Assembly: GCA_964519445.1 (NCBI GenBank)
Contig: CAZFIH010000004.1
Coordinates: 1 to 35,067, forward strand
Source of the DNA: an uncultured Bdellovibrionales bacterium
Lineage (GTDB): Bacteria > Patescibacteriota > Minisyncoccia > Moranbacterales > UBA11712
Reading direction: 5' to 3'
Length of the DNA stretch: 35,067 bases
Position numbers and translations under genes: made by a program. Positions 18,010 through 26,615 of the stretch are shown in pieces. Within the stretch, counting starts at the first letter, position 1. Each line of letters starts with the position of its first letter. A model generated the notes under the pieces. The model searched no databases and was not told the DNA's origin. It saw only the letters and a program-made list of their open reading frames with translations.

Positions 18010-19689
18010 ATGCATGAGATTATTTTTTTGCAAATCGGCATTCTTTTGGCCATTACCGTCGCCTTGGCGTTTATCGCCCGCTATCTGCGCCAGCCGCTGA
18101 TGATCGCTTATATCATTGCCGGAATTTTTTGCGGCCCTATTTTTTTTGACCTGATAAACGGCAGCAGAGACACGCTCGGCACTTTCGCCCAACTGGGTGT
18201 GGTTCTTTTGCTTTTCGTCATCGGGCTTAGCCTCAACCTGAATTATCTGAAAAAAATAGGCCGGGTGGCCATAGTTACCGGCCTGGGTCAAATTATCTTC
18301 ACATTGTCCATCGGGTTCATAATCCTGGCCGCTCTGGGATTTTCTCCGGTATCAGCCGCGTATCTGGCGACCGCTATCACCTTTTCCAGCACAATCATAA
18401 TCACAAAACTTCTTTCCGACAAGAGGGACACCGAAAAAATATACGGGCGCTACACCATTGGATTGATGATCGTGCAGGATATTATCGCGGTTTTGATTTT
18501 GGTCGGACTGGGAACCATAGATCAAAGCCACGGCGCGCTCGCCTCTTTCGCTTTTTTGCTGATGAAGGGACTTCTGGCAATTTCTCTGTTCGTTTTTGTT
18601 TCCAGATATTTCCTGAATACGATTCTGGAAAAAGTTTCCGAGACCGGAGAATTCCTTTTTATATTCACGGTTGCCTGGTGCTTTGGAATCGCCGGTTTTG
18701 TCCATTGGCTCGGGTTTTCATTCGAAATCGGGGCCATCACCGCCGGAATCATGCTTGGCTCGTCCCCCTTTCAAACGGAGATAGCCAGTCGCATCAAGCC
18801 TCTTCGTGATTTTTTTATCATCCTGTTTTTCATTCTTCTGGGCAGTCAGATGGGGATTTCAAACTTCGCGAACATTATTATTCCCGGCATTATCCTTTCC
18901 ATTTTTATTCTGGCGGGCAACCCGCTGATACTTTACCTGCTTTTCCGGTTTTTCAAATTTACCCGGAAAAACAGTTTCCTGGCCGGCCTGACGGCCGCCC
19001 AGGTAAGCGAATTTGGCTTTGTTCTTCTTTTCACGGGCAACCGGCTCGGCCATATCCAGGAAAGCGAACTTTCAATTTTCACGATTGTCGCGCTGATAAC
19101 GATATTTTCGTCTTCCTATCTTATCAGCCACAATAATAAGGTTTACAACCTGGCTCTCCCGTTTCTTGAAATCTTCGGACGCGACCGCCGCCGCCAGCGG
19201 GAACAGCGAATGAAAGAATCCTATGAGGTCTGGATTCTCGGCTGCCATCGAATGGGATGGCGAGCCTGCCAGGCGCTCATTAAAAAAGGAGTCGGCTTTG
19301 CCGTTGTTGATATCAATTCCGCGACCATAGCCAAGCTTGAAAAACAAGGAATCCCCGCCCTTTTTGGCGACGTGGCGGACATCGAATTTTTGGAGACTTT
19401 GCCTTTGAAAAAAGCCCGGTTGCTGATTTTGACGGCTCCTGATCCTGAAGACCAAAAAACGCTTGTCTCCTATGTAAGCCGGTTCAAGAAACCTCCGGAG
19501 ATCATCAGCAATTTGCACCACTATAAGCACTTTGAAGAATTGTATTCAATGGGCACCAGCTATGTCATAATGCCGCATCTCCTCGGCGGACAGTGGATTG
19601 CCGATATTCTGAAAAAATATCCCTGGAGCAAAAAAACGCTCCACAAACTCCGAAAACAGCAGATAGGGCAAATCCATGTTGATTTTTGA
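18010..19689 (+). CDS. Cation:proton antiporter (CPA2/Kef-type) with TrkA-N (KTN) domain
   Basis: LRQPLMIAYI, LLFVIGL, FSST, VQD and QVSEF motifs; C-terminal GCHRMG Rossmann-like domain and FGD. Start at MHEIIF. Confidence 0.92.
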   Translation: MHEIIFLQIGILLAITVALAFIARYLRQPLMIAYIIAGIFCGPIFFDLINGSRDTLGTFAQLGVVLLLFVIGLSLNLNYLKKIGRVAIVTGLGQIIFTLSIGFIILAALGFSPVSAAYLATAITFSSTIIITKLLSDKRDTEKIYGRYTIGLMIVQDIIAVLILVGLGTIDQSHGALASFAFLLMKGLLAISLFVFVSRYFLNTILEKVSETGEFLFIFTVAWCFGIAGFVHWLGFSFEIGAITAGIMLGSSPFQTEIASRIKPLRDFFIILFFILLGSQMGISNFANIIIPGIILSIFILAGNPLILYLLFRFFKFTRKNSFLAGLTAAQVSEFGFVLLFTGNRLGHIQESELSIFTIVALITIFSSSYLISHNNKVYNLALPFLEIFGRDRRRQREQRMKESYEVWILGCHRMGWRACQALIKKGVGFAVVDINSATIAKLEKQGIPALFGDVADIEFLETLPLKKARLLILTAPDPEDQKTLVSYVSRFKKPPEIISNLHHYKHFEELYSMGTSYVIMPHLLGGQWIADILKKYPWSKKTLHKLRKQQIGQIHVDF

Positions 19690-19720
19690 CTTTGCCGGAC
19701 ATTGCCGCGTTGCGGCAAAG

Positions 19721-20761
19721 TTATAATCGTTCCTGTTCCTGGCTGATGGTACGATAAATATCAAGAAGAGCAAAGAGCAGGCAAAGGGCAATCGGGCCCA
19801 AAAGAAATCCAAGAGGACCAAAAAGGCCGATGCCGCCCAATATAGAAAGAAGGATGAGGAACGGATGAAGGCGTGTTCCCTGTCCGACAAGTTTTGGTCC
19901 CAAAAAATTATCAACAAGCCCCACGGCTGTTATTCCCCAAAGGACAAGGCCGACCGCGAAAAAAGTTTCTCCGCTCAAGAAAAGGAACAAAACGGCAGGA
20001 ACGATCACCAAGGCCGTCCCGACGCCCGGGATTAGCGCCGCAATGGCCGCGACACTGCCCCAAAGAGTCGCGTTAGGAACTCCGAAAATATAAAATCCGA
20101 CCGCGGTAAGCGTGCCTTGGGTGAGCGCCACCGCTAGATTTCCCTTGACGACTGAATTAACCGCCAGTGCAAGCTTGCTGAAAATAGTTTCGTCGTGAAT
20201 ATCCCGCAAAGGGCTATAAGCGATAACGGCTCTTTTGAGTTTTTGCCCGTCCTTGAACAAATAATAAAGAGCGGCAAGAAAAACAAACGCGCTGACGATC
20301 ATTCTCGCCGCATTCGTAAAAAGAGGACCGAGATGCAAAAGCAGCCAGTTCAGACCCTGCCTCGCGTATTGGCTGAAATCAACTGAAAAATCTAACGGCA
20401 CGGGAAGAAATCTTTCGAGGCTGCTCGTCGCGCCCCCCAGACCGCGAGAAAAATCAATTGCTTCGCCGTTTTGCGCAAGAAAAGAATAAAGCTGCGTCGC
20501 TTCCCGGAAAATCTGTATGCCCACGAAAACAATGGGCACAACAACAATAACAAGAACAAGAACAGTGGACAGCAATGCCGCCGGGACTTCTTTTTCCCGC
20601 GTAAGAACGAAAATTCTTTTGTGAACCGGACCAAAAACGGTCGCGATAACCATTGCCAAGACAAGCGCGTAAAGAAATGGCCTGAAAATAAAGAAAGTCA
20701 GGATAAAAATTCCCGCAAGGAGGATCAGCAGAAAATAAAGTTCTGTTTTTTTATGGTTCAT
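19721..20761 (-). CDS. AI-2E family transporter
   Basis: YYLFKDG, ALIPGVGT, VDNFLGP and LHP…SILGG…FGPLGFLLGP motifs. Confidence 0.92.
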   Translation of the reverse strand: MNHKKTELYFLLILLAGIFILTFFIFRPFLYALVLAMVIATVFGPVHKRIFVLTREKEVPAALLSTVLVLVIVVVPIVFVGIQIFREATQLYSFLAQNGEAIDFSRGLGGATSSLERFLPVPLDFSVDFSQYARQGLNWLLLHLGPLFTNAARMIVSAFVFLAALYYLFKDGQKLKRAVIAYSPLRDIHDETIFSKLALAVNSVVKGNLAVALTQGTLTAVGFYIFGVPNATLWGSVAAIAALIPGVGTALVIVPAVLFLFLSGETFFAVGLVLWGITAVGLVDNFLGPKLVGQGTRLHPFLILLSILGGIGLFGPLGFLLGPIALCLLFALLDIYRTISQEQERL

Positions 20762-20803
20762 TTATTTAAACACTGTTGCCGGCTCGATAAAATAATACCA
20801 TAT

Positions 20804-20836
20804 AACACAAAAAACACCATATTTCAGGTATTTTTT
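20804..20836. repeat. 33-bp direct repeat copy 1 (terminator-like hairpin)
   Basis: AACACAAAAAACACCATATTTCAGGTATTTTTT; 32/33 identical to 21885-21917. Confidence 0.85.
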
Positions 20837-20944
20837 ATTTTATCTGCAAGCTCTTGCGGCCGCCGTCGCTTTCGCTTTGGCGAGCTAAGGTTGCCTATTA
20901 ATATCCTGATCGATGAGGATTTTAAATATCCGCCAAAAAGTTTT

Positions 20945-20993
20945 CCCGCTCGCTTTCCGCAGAGAGTGCTTCGAGGAAGTGATTTGTGGGAGA
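20945..20993. repeat. Structured intergenic repeat, copy B
   Basis: About 42/51 identical to 12381-12431 by manual alignment; ends 2 nt from the stop codon at 20996. Confidence 0.75.
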
Positions 20994-20995
20994 TA

Positions 20996-21265
20996 CTAAG
21001 AATATTTCTCCAGGGTCTCTAAGGTTGCTTTGACTGTCGGGTTTTTAGTGTTGAGAAATTCTACTTTTTTAAATTTCTTTTTGATGTTTGTTATAACCTC
21101 GTCAGCCCAGGAAGGCGTCAAGACCTTGACGCCCGAAAAATCAATTTCAATAACATCGTCCTTGCACAAATCTTTAGTAAGATAGGCTGACATTGCTAAA
21201 AACGCCTCCTTGCCGGCAGGCCTGGAAGTCAAAATTTCTCCAAATTTTTTCAGTTCGATGCGCAT
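20996..21265 (-). CDS. STAS-like DUF4325 protein
   Basis: ILTSRPAG and IEIDFSGVKVLTPSWADE pattern; 89 aa. Confidence 0.8.
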   Translation of the reverse strand: MRIELKKFGEILTSRPAGKEAFLAMSAYLTKDLCKDDVIEIDFSGVKVLTPSWADEVITNIKKKFKKVEFLNTKNPTVKATLETLEKYS

Positions 21266-21269
21266 AAAA

Positions 21270-21848
21270 TTATTTTTTTATTCTTAGTATCGCCAAGCAA
21301 CCATTTATTTCCTTTTCTGAATCAATAACATTGAAACTCCTGCTCAATACGGCTTTTGCTTTGCCTGAATAAAAATCCATGTGAAAATTCAATTCCTTGA
21401 CATTTTCACGCACAAACTTCAGTCCGTTCCCTCTCGGCTCGGGTGCCCTGCCCGAAACTACTTCAGTGAAAGCAATGTTGAGAGCTTCGCGATCATCTTT
21501 CAGCTCCGGCCTAACATTTTTCAGTGTTGCCCAAACCCCCTGCCCCCTATCCGCCAAAACAATTAACAGATCGTTATAAAAATAATCATAACCAAAAAAA
21601 GTTCCCGGAATATCTCTCCAGCTGCCAAGGTTATGGTCAAACGAATTGTTTCCTATTTCGCCTGCAACGGCTGCGGCGATGTAAATCTTGTCTTCATTGG
21701 CTTTCCCGCTCTCGAGCAAATCTTTAATCATCTTTTCCAGTCTTGCCGAAAAAACATCTCTGGTTTTGCAATAATTCTTGCCGGAGACATCAACATATTC
21801 CGATTTTTCGCTAATCCATTGCCAAGCTTGCTTTGCCAAATTTTCCAT
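21270..21848 (-). CDS. Histidine-kinase-like (HATPase/GHKL) ATP-binding protein
   Basis: EIGNNSFDH (N box), ADRGQG (G1) and RGNGL (G2). No sensor or HisKA domain is visible. Confidence 0.78.
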   Translation of the reverse strand: MENLAKQAWQWISEKSEYVDVSGKNYCKTRDVFSARLEKMIKDLLESGKANEDKIYIAAAVAGEIGNNSFDHNLGSWRDIPGTFFGYDYFYNDLLIVLADRGQGVWATLKNVRPELKDDREALNIAFTEVVSGRAPEPRGNGLKFVRENVKELNFHMDFYSGKAKAVLSRSFNVIDSEKEINGCLAILRIKK

Positions 21849-21884
21849 AGTTTTCTGTTTAGTCTATATCAAACCTATCACAAA

Positions 21885-21917
21885 AACACAAAAAGCACCA
21901 TATTTCAGGTATTTTTT
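21885..21917. repeat. 33-bp direct repeat copy 2
   Basis: AACACAAAAAGCACCATATTTCAGGTATTTTTT. Confidence 0.85.
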
Positions 21918-22099
21918 TGTTGGATTTGCGTCCGCCAGAGGCGGATTTGAGTTTTGTTGCTCCGGCGCGGTGTCGGAGACAAAAATCAAAAGCTTTTGCC
22001 TGCCCGAAGTGCAGTATTGTTTCAGGCGGGCGGCTCAATAATATAACTTCGTTATTTACAGGGTAAAGTTGCCTAAATACTTGCGCCCTAGAAAGCCTG

Positions 22100-22159
22100 C
22101 CCGTTCAGTTTCCGCAGAAACTGCTTCGGGTTTACCCGCTCACTTTTCGCAAAAAAGTG
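22100..22159. repeat. Two tandem core hairpins of the structured repeat family
   Basis: CCCG-TT-CAGTTTC-CGCA-GAAACTG-CTT-CGGG (22100-22130) and CCCG-CT-CACTTTT-CGCAA-AAAAGTG (22135-22159), abutting the stop codon at 22160. Confidence 0.75.
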
Positions 22160-23119
22160 TCAAAAAATCAAATTGAAACCGTAGCCGATAAAAATCATCC
22201 CAATTGCCACAACCGCAAAAAAAGCAAAGAGCAACGGCAATTTCATAACTCTTTTGAGTATCAACGCTTCCGGAAGTGAAAGTCCCACCGTCGCCATCAT
22301 AAAAGCCATAGCCGTTCCCAGCGGTATTCCCTTGGCGACCAGAGACTGAATAACGGGGACTACTCCGCTGGCGTTGGAATAAAGCGGAACGGCGAGAATT
22401 ACCGCCAAGGGAACAGCCAAAGGATTTTCTTTGGTGATGTATTTTTCAAAGAATCCTTCAGGCACATAGCCGTGGATTACCGCCCCCACTCCCACTCCAA
22501 TCAGGACATACAATCCTATTTTTTTGGTAATCACGAGAGCCTCTTTGGAAACAAGTTTTGCCACTTGCCAGGAAAATCTTTTCTTTTCCTCTTTTCGAAT
22601 GTTATCTTTGGCTTTGATTTTCCAAACATATTCCTCCACGTATTTTTCCAGCTTCAGTTTTCCCAGAATTGCTCCGCCAATCATTCCGATTAAGATTCCC
22701 GCCACTGCGTAGATCAAAGTGACTTTCCAGCCAAAAAGTCCGATAAACAGGGTCAAGGCGACTTCATTAACCAAAGGTGAAGTTATGAGAAAAGCAAAAG
22801 TCACTCCGAGCGGTATGCCCGCTTCCACAAAACCGATAAAAAGAGGAATAGAGGAACAGGAACAAAAAGGCGTAATTGCTCCAAAAATTGTCGCCAGGAA
22901 ATAATCCAATCCGAAAAATTTATGCTTGGTCAGGAAATCTCTTAGCTTTTCAATCGGCAGATAATACCGAAGCAGGCTCATGAAATGAGTGATGACAAGC
23001 AATAGTAAGATTATTTTGATGCTGTCATAGACAAAGAAATTGATTGAATCTCCCAGTCTGGTATGTTCGATAAGCCCGAAAATATTATATGTCAGCCAAT
23101 CGGCAAATTGTTGGATCAT
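22160..23119 (-). CDS. arsP: ArsP-like (DUF318) permease
   Basis: TPFCSCSSIP, FLITSPLVNE, AVPLYSNA and LSLPE motifs; last gene of the ArsR operon. Confidence 0.82.
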   Translation of the reverse strand: MIQQFADWLTYNIFGLIEHTRLGDSINFFVYDSIKIILLLLVITHFMSLLRYYLPIEKLRDFLTKHKFFGLDYFLATIFGAITPFCSCSSIPLFIGFVEAGIPLGVTFAFLITSPLVNEVALTLFIGLFGWKVTLIYAVAGILIGMIGGAILGKLKLEKYVEEYVWKIKAKDNIRKEEKKRFSWQVAKLVSKEALVITKKIGLYVLIGVGVGAVIHGYVPEGFFEKYITKENPLAVPLAVILAVPLYSNASGVVPVIQSLVAKGIPLGTAMAFMMATVGLSLPEALILKRVMKLPLLFAFFAVVAIGMIFIGYGFNLIF

Positions 23120-23140
23120 AACGATTAGATAATAAAAAAT

Positions 23141-23503
23141 TTAGTTTAATTTCAAATCTTCTTTTCGAGCTTCCAATTCTTCTCTGACTTTCGGAATGAG
23201 CTGGAAATCCTTGACTATTTCTTGGGCTTTTTCTCTGGTCTTGTCTTCTTCGGCGAAAGTGATCGCTTTGGCCGGACAAAGGTTAGCACAAGTCTGGCAA
23301 GCTACCATGCAATTATTCGGATTGGCAACTTTTGATTTTTTGTTTTCATAATCGAATTTATAAACGCCCCGCCCGCAAGAAGTAACACACATTCCGCAGC
23401 CGATACATTTATCTTCGTCCACTTCCGGATTCCATTGGATGTCTTGGCGATCCACACCGTGGAACTTGGCAAATTTCGGGTCTTGTTTTTGTTGTTCATT
23501 CAT
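23141..23503 (-). CDS. 2x[4Fe-4S] ferredoxin family protein
   Basis: CIGCGMCVTSC and CMVACQTCANLCP motifs. Start at MNEQQK. Confidence 0.9.
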   Translation of the reverse strand: MNEQQKQDPKFAKFHGVDRQDIQWNPEVDEDKCIGCGMCVTSCGRGVYKFDYENKKSKVANPNNCMVACQTCANLCPAKAITFAEEDKTREKAQEIVKDFQLIPKVREELEARKEDLKLN

Positions 23504-23525
23504 TGTTTTGAATTTAATTATTATT

Positions 23526-23837
23526 TTAATTTTTTGATCTGTCTTGTATTCCAAGAACAACTAAATTATCTAATGCTTTTATGCCTCTTATTTCATCTTT
23601 TTTCATATAAATGCTTTGATTTTTTGTTAAGGTAATTTCTCCATTAATATCAGTAAAAATTCCCTTGCCCTCAAGAACGGTTAAAAGTACAGCGTAATCT
23701 TCAGGGTGAGGCGGTATTTCCATGCCCGATTTCAAACAGATTAAAGCGGCATGAAAACCTTTAACGTTAAGAAAATGCTTTTTAATCGGTTTTTCGTCGG
23801 AAAAAATAATTTTTTCGTTTAGATTATAATTCTTCAT
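23526..23837 (-). CDS. Cupin-domain protein
   Basis: GMEIPPHP…VLEGKG cupin motif 1; 103 aa. Confidence 0.8.
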   Translation of the reverse strand: MKNYNLNEKIIFSDEKPIKKHFLNVKGFHAALICLKSGMEIPPHPEDYAVLLTVLEGKGIFTDINGEITLTKNQSIYMKKDEIRGIKALDNLVVLGIQDRSKN

Positions 23838-23843
23838 GATTTT

Positions 23844-24374
23844 TTAAATTTCGTTAATTTCAAATTTTTTATCTCGCAAATACCACTGCATAAAATATCC
23901 GACGGCGATAAATAGCGGCAGGGCAACCAGTGTTCGCGCGAGCGTGAATTTCAATCCCAGATAACCGATTTCAATGCCGAGCATAGGAATTTTAAGCGAT
24001 GAAAAAGCGCCCAGATAAATGAAAATATTTTTGATGCTGGCGCCTTTTTTGTAGAGAATGTAGGCCACCGGAAAAGCGCCGTAAAGAGGGCCCGCCTGAA
24101 GCATCGCCAAAATGATAACGGTGAAAATCCCTTTTATGCCGGAGTCTTGGCCGATATGTTTTTCTATTTTCTCTTTGGGAAACCAAACATCAAACAAACC
24201 GACAATGATAAATAAAAAAGGAATAAAGGTGATCATTTCAATAAATGACTCGGTGAAACTTTGGTAGATAGTTTTGCCCGGATCAAAACCAAATGAAAAA
24301 GAGCCGATAGCAAAAATCGCAAAGCTGAAAAGCCAAATATAAGGTTTTATTTTTTGCAAGTTTTTTTTGGTCAT
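23844..24374 (-). CDS. Small permease subunit (DUF318-like half-transporter)
   Basis: IEKHIG, AGPLYGAFP…KKGA and KIPMLGIE; paired with the adjacent half-size permease. Confidence 0.75.
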   Translation of the reverse strand: MTKKNLQKIKPYIWLFSFAIFAIGSFSFGFDPGKTIYQSFTESFIEMITFIPFLFIIVGLFDVWFPKEKIEKHIGQDSGIKGIFTVIILAMLQAGPLYGAFPVAYILYKKGASIKNIFIYLGAFSSLKIPMLGIEIGYLGLKFTLARTLVALPLFIAVGYFMQWYLRDKKFEINEI

Positions 24375-24853
24375 AAAATGATTCCGATTAAAATCCCGAT
24401 AATGATCGCTACGATAAAATTCAAGGCGTTTCTTAAGATCGCCACTTTTTTGCCGAAATACTTGATTTCCAAAGGCAAAGTGACAACACCGACCATCATC
24501 AGTGTCGTCATAAAAACTGCGACTGTAGAATAGGACGCGCCTTGCTTCAAGAGACCCGAAGCGATTGGATAGGAAATAAATCCGGGGATAAGAGTGATTG
24601 AACCGATAATCGCGGCAATCGCAAACCCGATTGCTCCCGAACCGACACCTAAATATTTCACGATCATCTGCGGCGGGACGATAAACAAAAGCAAACTGAC
24701 CAAAATCAAAATATTTAAAAATGGGATAACGATATTCCTGAACATTTTCCAGCCTTTCTTGAATCCTAAAATCGTCCTTTGTCTGTCCAGTAAGAATGAA
24801 ACCAAGCTGGTGAATATTGAAAAAGATATAAATATTAAAGCGTTATTCATCAT
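24371..24853 (-). CDS. Small permease subunit (DUF318-like half-transporter)
   Basis: IVKYLG, GSITLIPGFISYP…GA and TLPLEIKYFG; 4-nt overlaps with both neighbours. Confidence 0.75.
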   Translation of the reverse strand: MMNNALIFISFSIFTSLVSFLLDRQRTILGFKKGWKMFRNIVIPFLNILILVSLLLFIVPPQMIVKYLGVGSGAIGFAIAAIIGSITLIPGFISYPIASGLLKQGASYSTVAVFMTTLMMVGVVTLPLEIKYFGKKVAILRNALNFIVAIIIGILIGIIL

Positions 24854-25566
24854 AAACTAATTAAAAATTTTACAAGATATTGCGTATAGTATGCACCCGC
24901 CAAAAGAAAAATTGTTGCTACGCCGTATCGCATCACTTTTTCAATCTTTCCCATCGCGTTATACATCTTGCCCACTTTCTCCACACTGAACGCCAAAACA
25001 ATGGAAAAAATAATAACCGGTAAACCCGTCCCCAAGGCAAAAAGCGGCGGCAGAAGCAGACTTTCCGTCGATGAAAGAACCAACGGAACAAGCATCCCAA
25101 AGAATAAAACCCCGCTATAAGGACAAAATGCCAGAGCGAACAAAACTCCCAAAAGCAAGGTGCCGATGTGTCCTTTGGTTGCGAGCCACTCTTTCATTTT
25201 TTCCACCTTCTCGCTTTTTGAACCGAAGTTTATTTTAATCACCCCGAACATTACGAGAGAAATAAAAATCAGAACTATCCCCAAAACTTTGTCGCCCCAG
25301 CCCTGAAAAATGCCGGCAATCTGAAATGAAGAAAGTCCGAAATAAATTAGTGTCGCCAAAAGCGTATAACTTATTCCCCTGCCAAGGGTATAAATGAGAC
25401 CGCTGATGAGAGTGTGTTTGGCGGTTTTGATGTCTTTGGAAATGTAGGCGATAGCGGTGATGTTGGTCGCCAAGGGGCAGGGACTGATCGAGGTCATCAC
25501 GCCCAAAACAAAAGCGGAAAGAAGCGGAATATTATATTGGTCAATTAAGGTGTTTAGAAACTCCAT
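24850..25566 (-). CDS. arsG: ArsG-family (CcdA/DsbD-like) membrane protein
   Basis: SISPCPLATNITAI, YTLGR, LAFCPYSG and GTGLPV motifs. Confidence 0.8.
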   Translation of the reverse strand: MEFLNTLIDQYNIPLLSAFVLGVMTSISPCPLATNITAIAYISKDIKTAKHTLISGLIYTLGRGISYTLLATLIYFGLSSFQIAGIFQGWGDKVLGIVLIFISLVMFGVIKINFGSKSEKVEKMKEWLATKGHIGTLLLGVLFALAFCPYSGVLFFGMLVPLVLSSTESLLLPPLFALGTGLPVIIFSIVLAFSVEKVGKMYNAMGKIEKVMRYGVATIFLLAGAYYTQYLVKFLISL

Positions 25567-25600
25567 AATTTTTTCAATTTAATTATTTATGAATTTGTTT

Positions 25601-25858
25601 TTATGACAATGCCCTAAAAAGGTCAGCCGGACTAAAACCTATCACTCTTATATCTTTATCCTTCAGAAATTTAGTCAGTTCTTTATCTATGGAATCAATC
25701 TTTTTGCCGGATAAGAAATTTTCTATTTCAATAACCGCTTCTTCCGGATGAATAAAAAAATCTCCATTGATCGTAATTTTTTCAATCTCTGAATTATCGA
25801 TTCCGACTTTAATTCTTAGCAATTTACCGTTGGGTATTTTGTAAATTATTTTTCTCAT
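25601..25858 (-). CDS. Lipoate-protein ligase accessory (C-terminal) subunit, LplB-like
   Basis: KIPNGKLLRI and ITINGDFFIHPEEA motifs; adjacent to the ligase catalytic domain. Confidence 0.85.
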   Translation of the reverse strand: MRKIIYKIPNGKLLRIKVGIDNSEIEKITINGDFFIHPEEAVIEIENFLSGKKIDSIDKELTKFLKDKDIRVIGFSPADLFRALS

Positions 25859-25859
25859 A

Positions 25860-26615
25860 TCATCTCCAATAATTCCATTTATTACTGGTATATTTTTCTT
25901 TAAATAATCTATCGGCCTCTTTCAGCTCATCGGCCGTCAATTTTCCCCGAGTAATGGTTGTTTCAAAAACTTTTCGGAAGCCTTTCGTTAAGCTTCTCTC
26001 CAGCTCCTGACAAGAAATTTTACGCCCTAATTCTTTTTTTAATGAAGTAACCCGCTCTTCGACCGTCCGGATCAATTTGTCTTTTATTTTTTCATCCGGA
26101 ACTTTCAACACGGAAAACATTTTTTCCACATCGATATCCGTCAAAATAGTACCGTGTTGCAAAACTACTCCTGCTTTTCTGGTTTGAGCATTACCGGAAA
26201 TCTTTTTTTCACCGGCTAAGATATCATTTATCGGCTTAAATTTTGCCTTAATTCCCAACAAATTCAAACCTTCAATAATCCCGGCGCAGATTTGCCCATA
26301 AGATTCCACCACATCACTCGAAACTTCTTTTTCTGAAATCACCAAAGAATAAGTCAATTCACCCTCGTGAAAGACCGCGCCTCCCCCCGTATATCTTCTC
26401 ACCGCATCAACTCCCAACTCTTTGGCTTTGGCGACATCTACTTCTTCTTTTAAGTTTTGGAAAAATCCCACACTGACACAAGCCGGCTTCCACCTGTAAT
26501 ACCTCAACGTGTTCGGGACTTCTTTTCTGATGCGAGCCGCGAGAATGGCTTCATCAACAGCCATTTGCATCGCCCCCCTCGTTTCTATTGTTTCTATTGA
26601 TCTCCATTGGTTCAT
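25860..26615 (-). CDS. lplA: Lipoate-protein ligase catalytic domain (LplA-N/LipM family)
   Basis: MAVDEA, VRRYTGGGAVFH, NDI…KKISGNAQ and LQHGT motifs. Confidence 0.9.
   Translation of the reverse strand: MNQWRSIETIETRGAMQMAVDEAILAARIRKEVPNTLRYYRWKPACVSVGFFQNLKEEVDVAKAKELGVDAVRRYTGGGAVFHEGELTYSLVISEKEVSSDVVESYGQICAGIIEGLNLLGIKAKFKPINDILAGEKKISGNAQTRKAGVVLQHGTILTDIDVEKMFSVLKVPDEKIKDKLIRTVEERVTSLKKELGRKISCQELERSLTKGFRKVFETTITRGKLTADELKEADRLFKEKYTSNKWNYWR

Noticed and set aside
12364-22159. Integron attC interpretation of the boundary hairpins
   Set aside because: There are no RYYYAAC…GTTRRRY boxes in the right order and no integrase in the window. Kept only as an unnamed repeat family.
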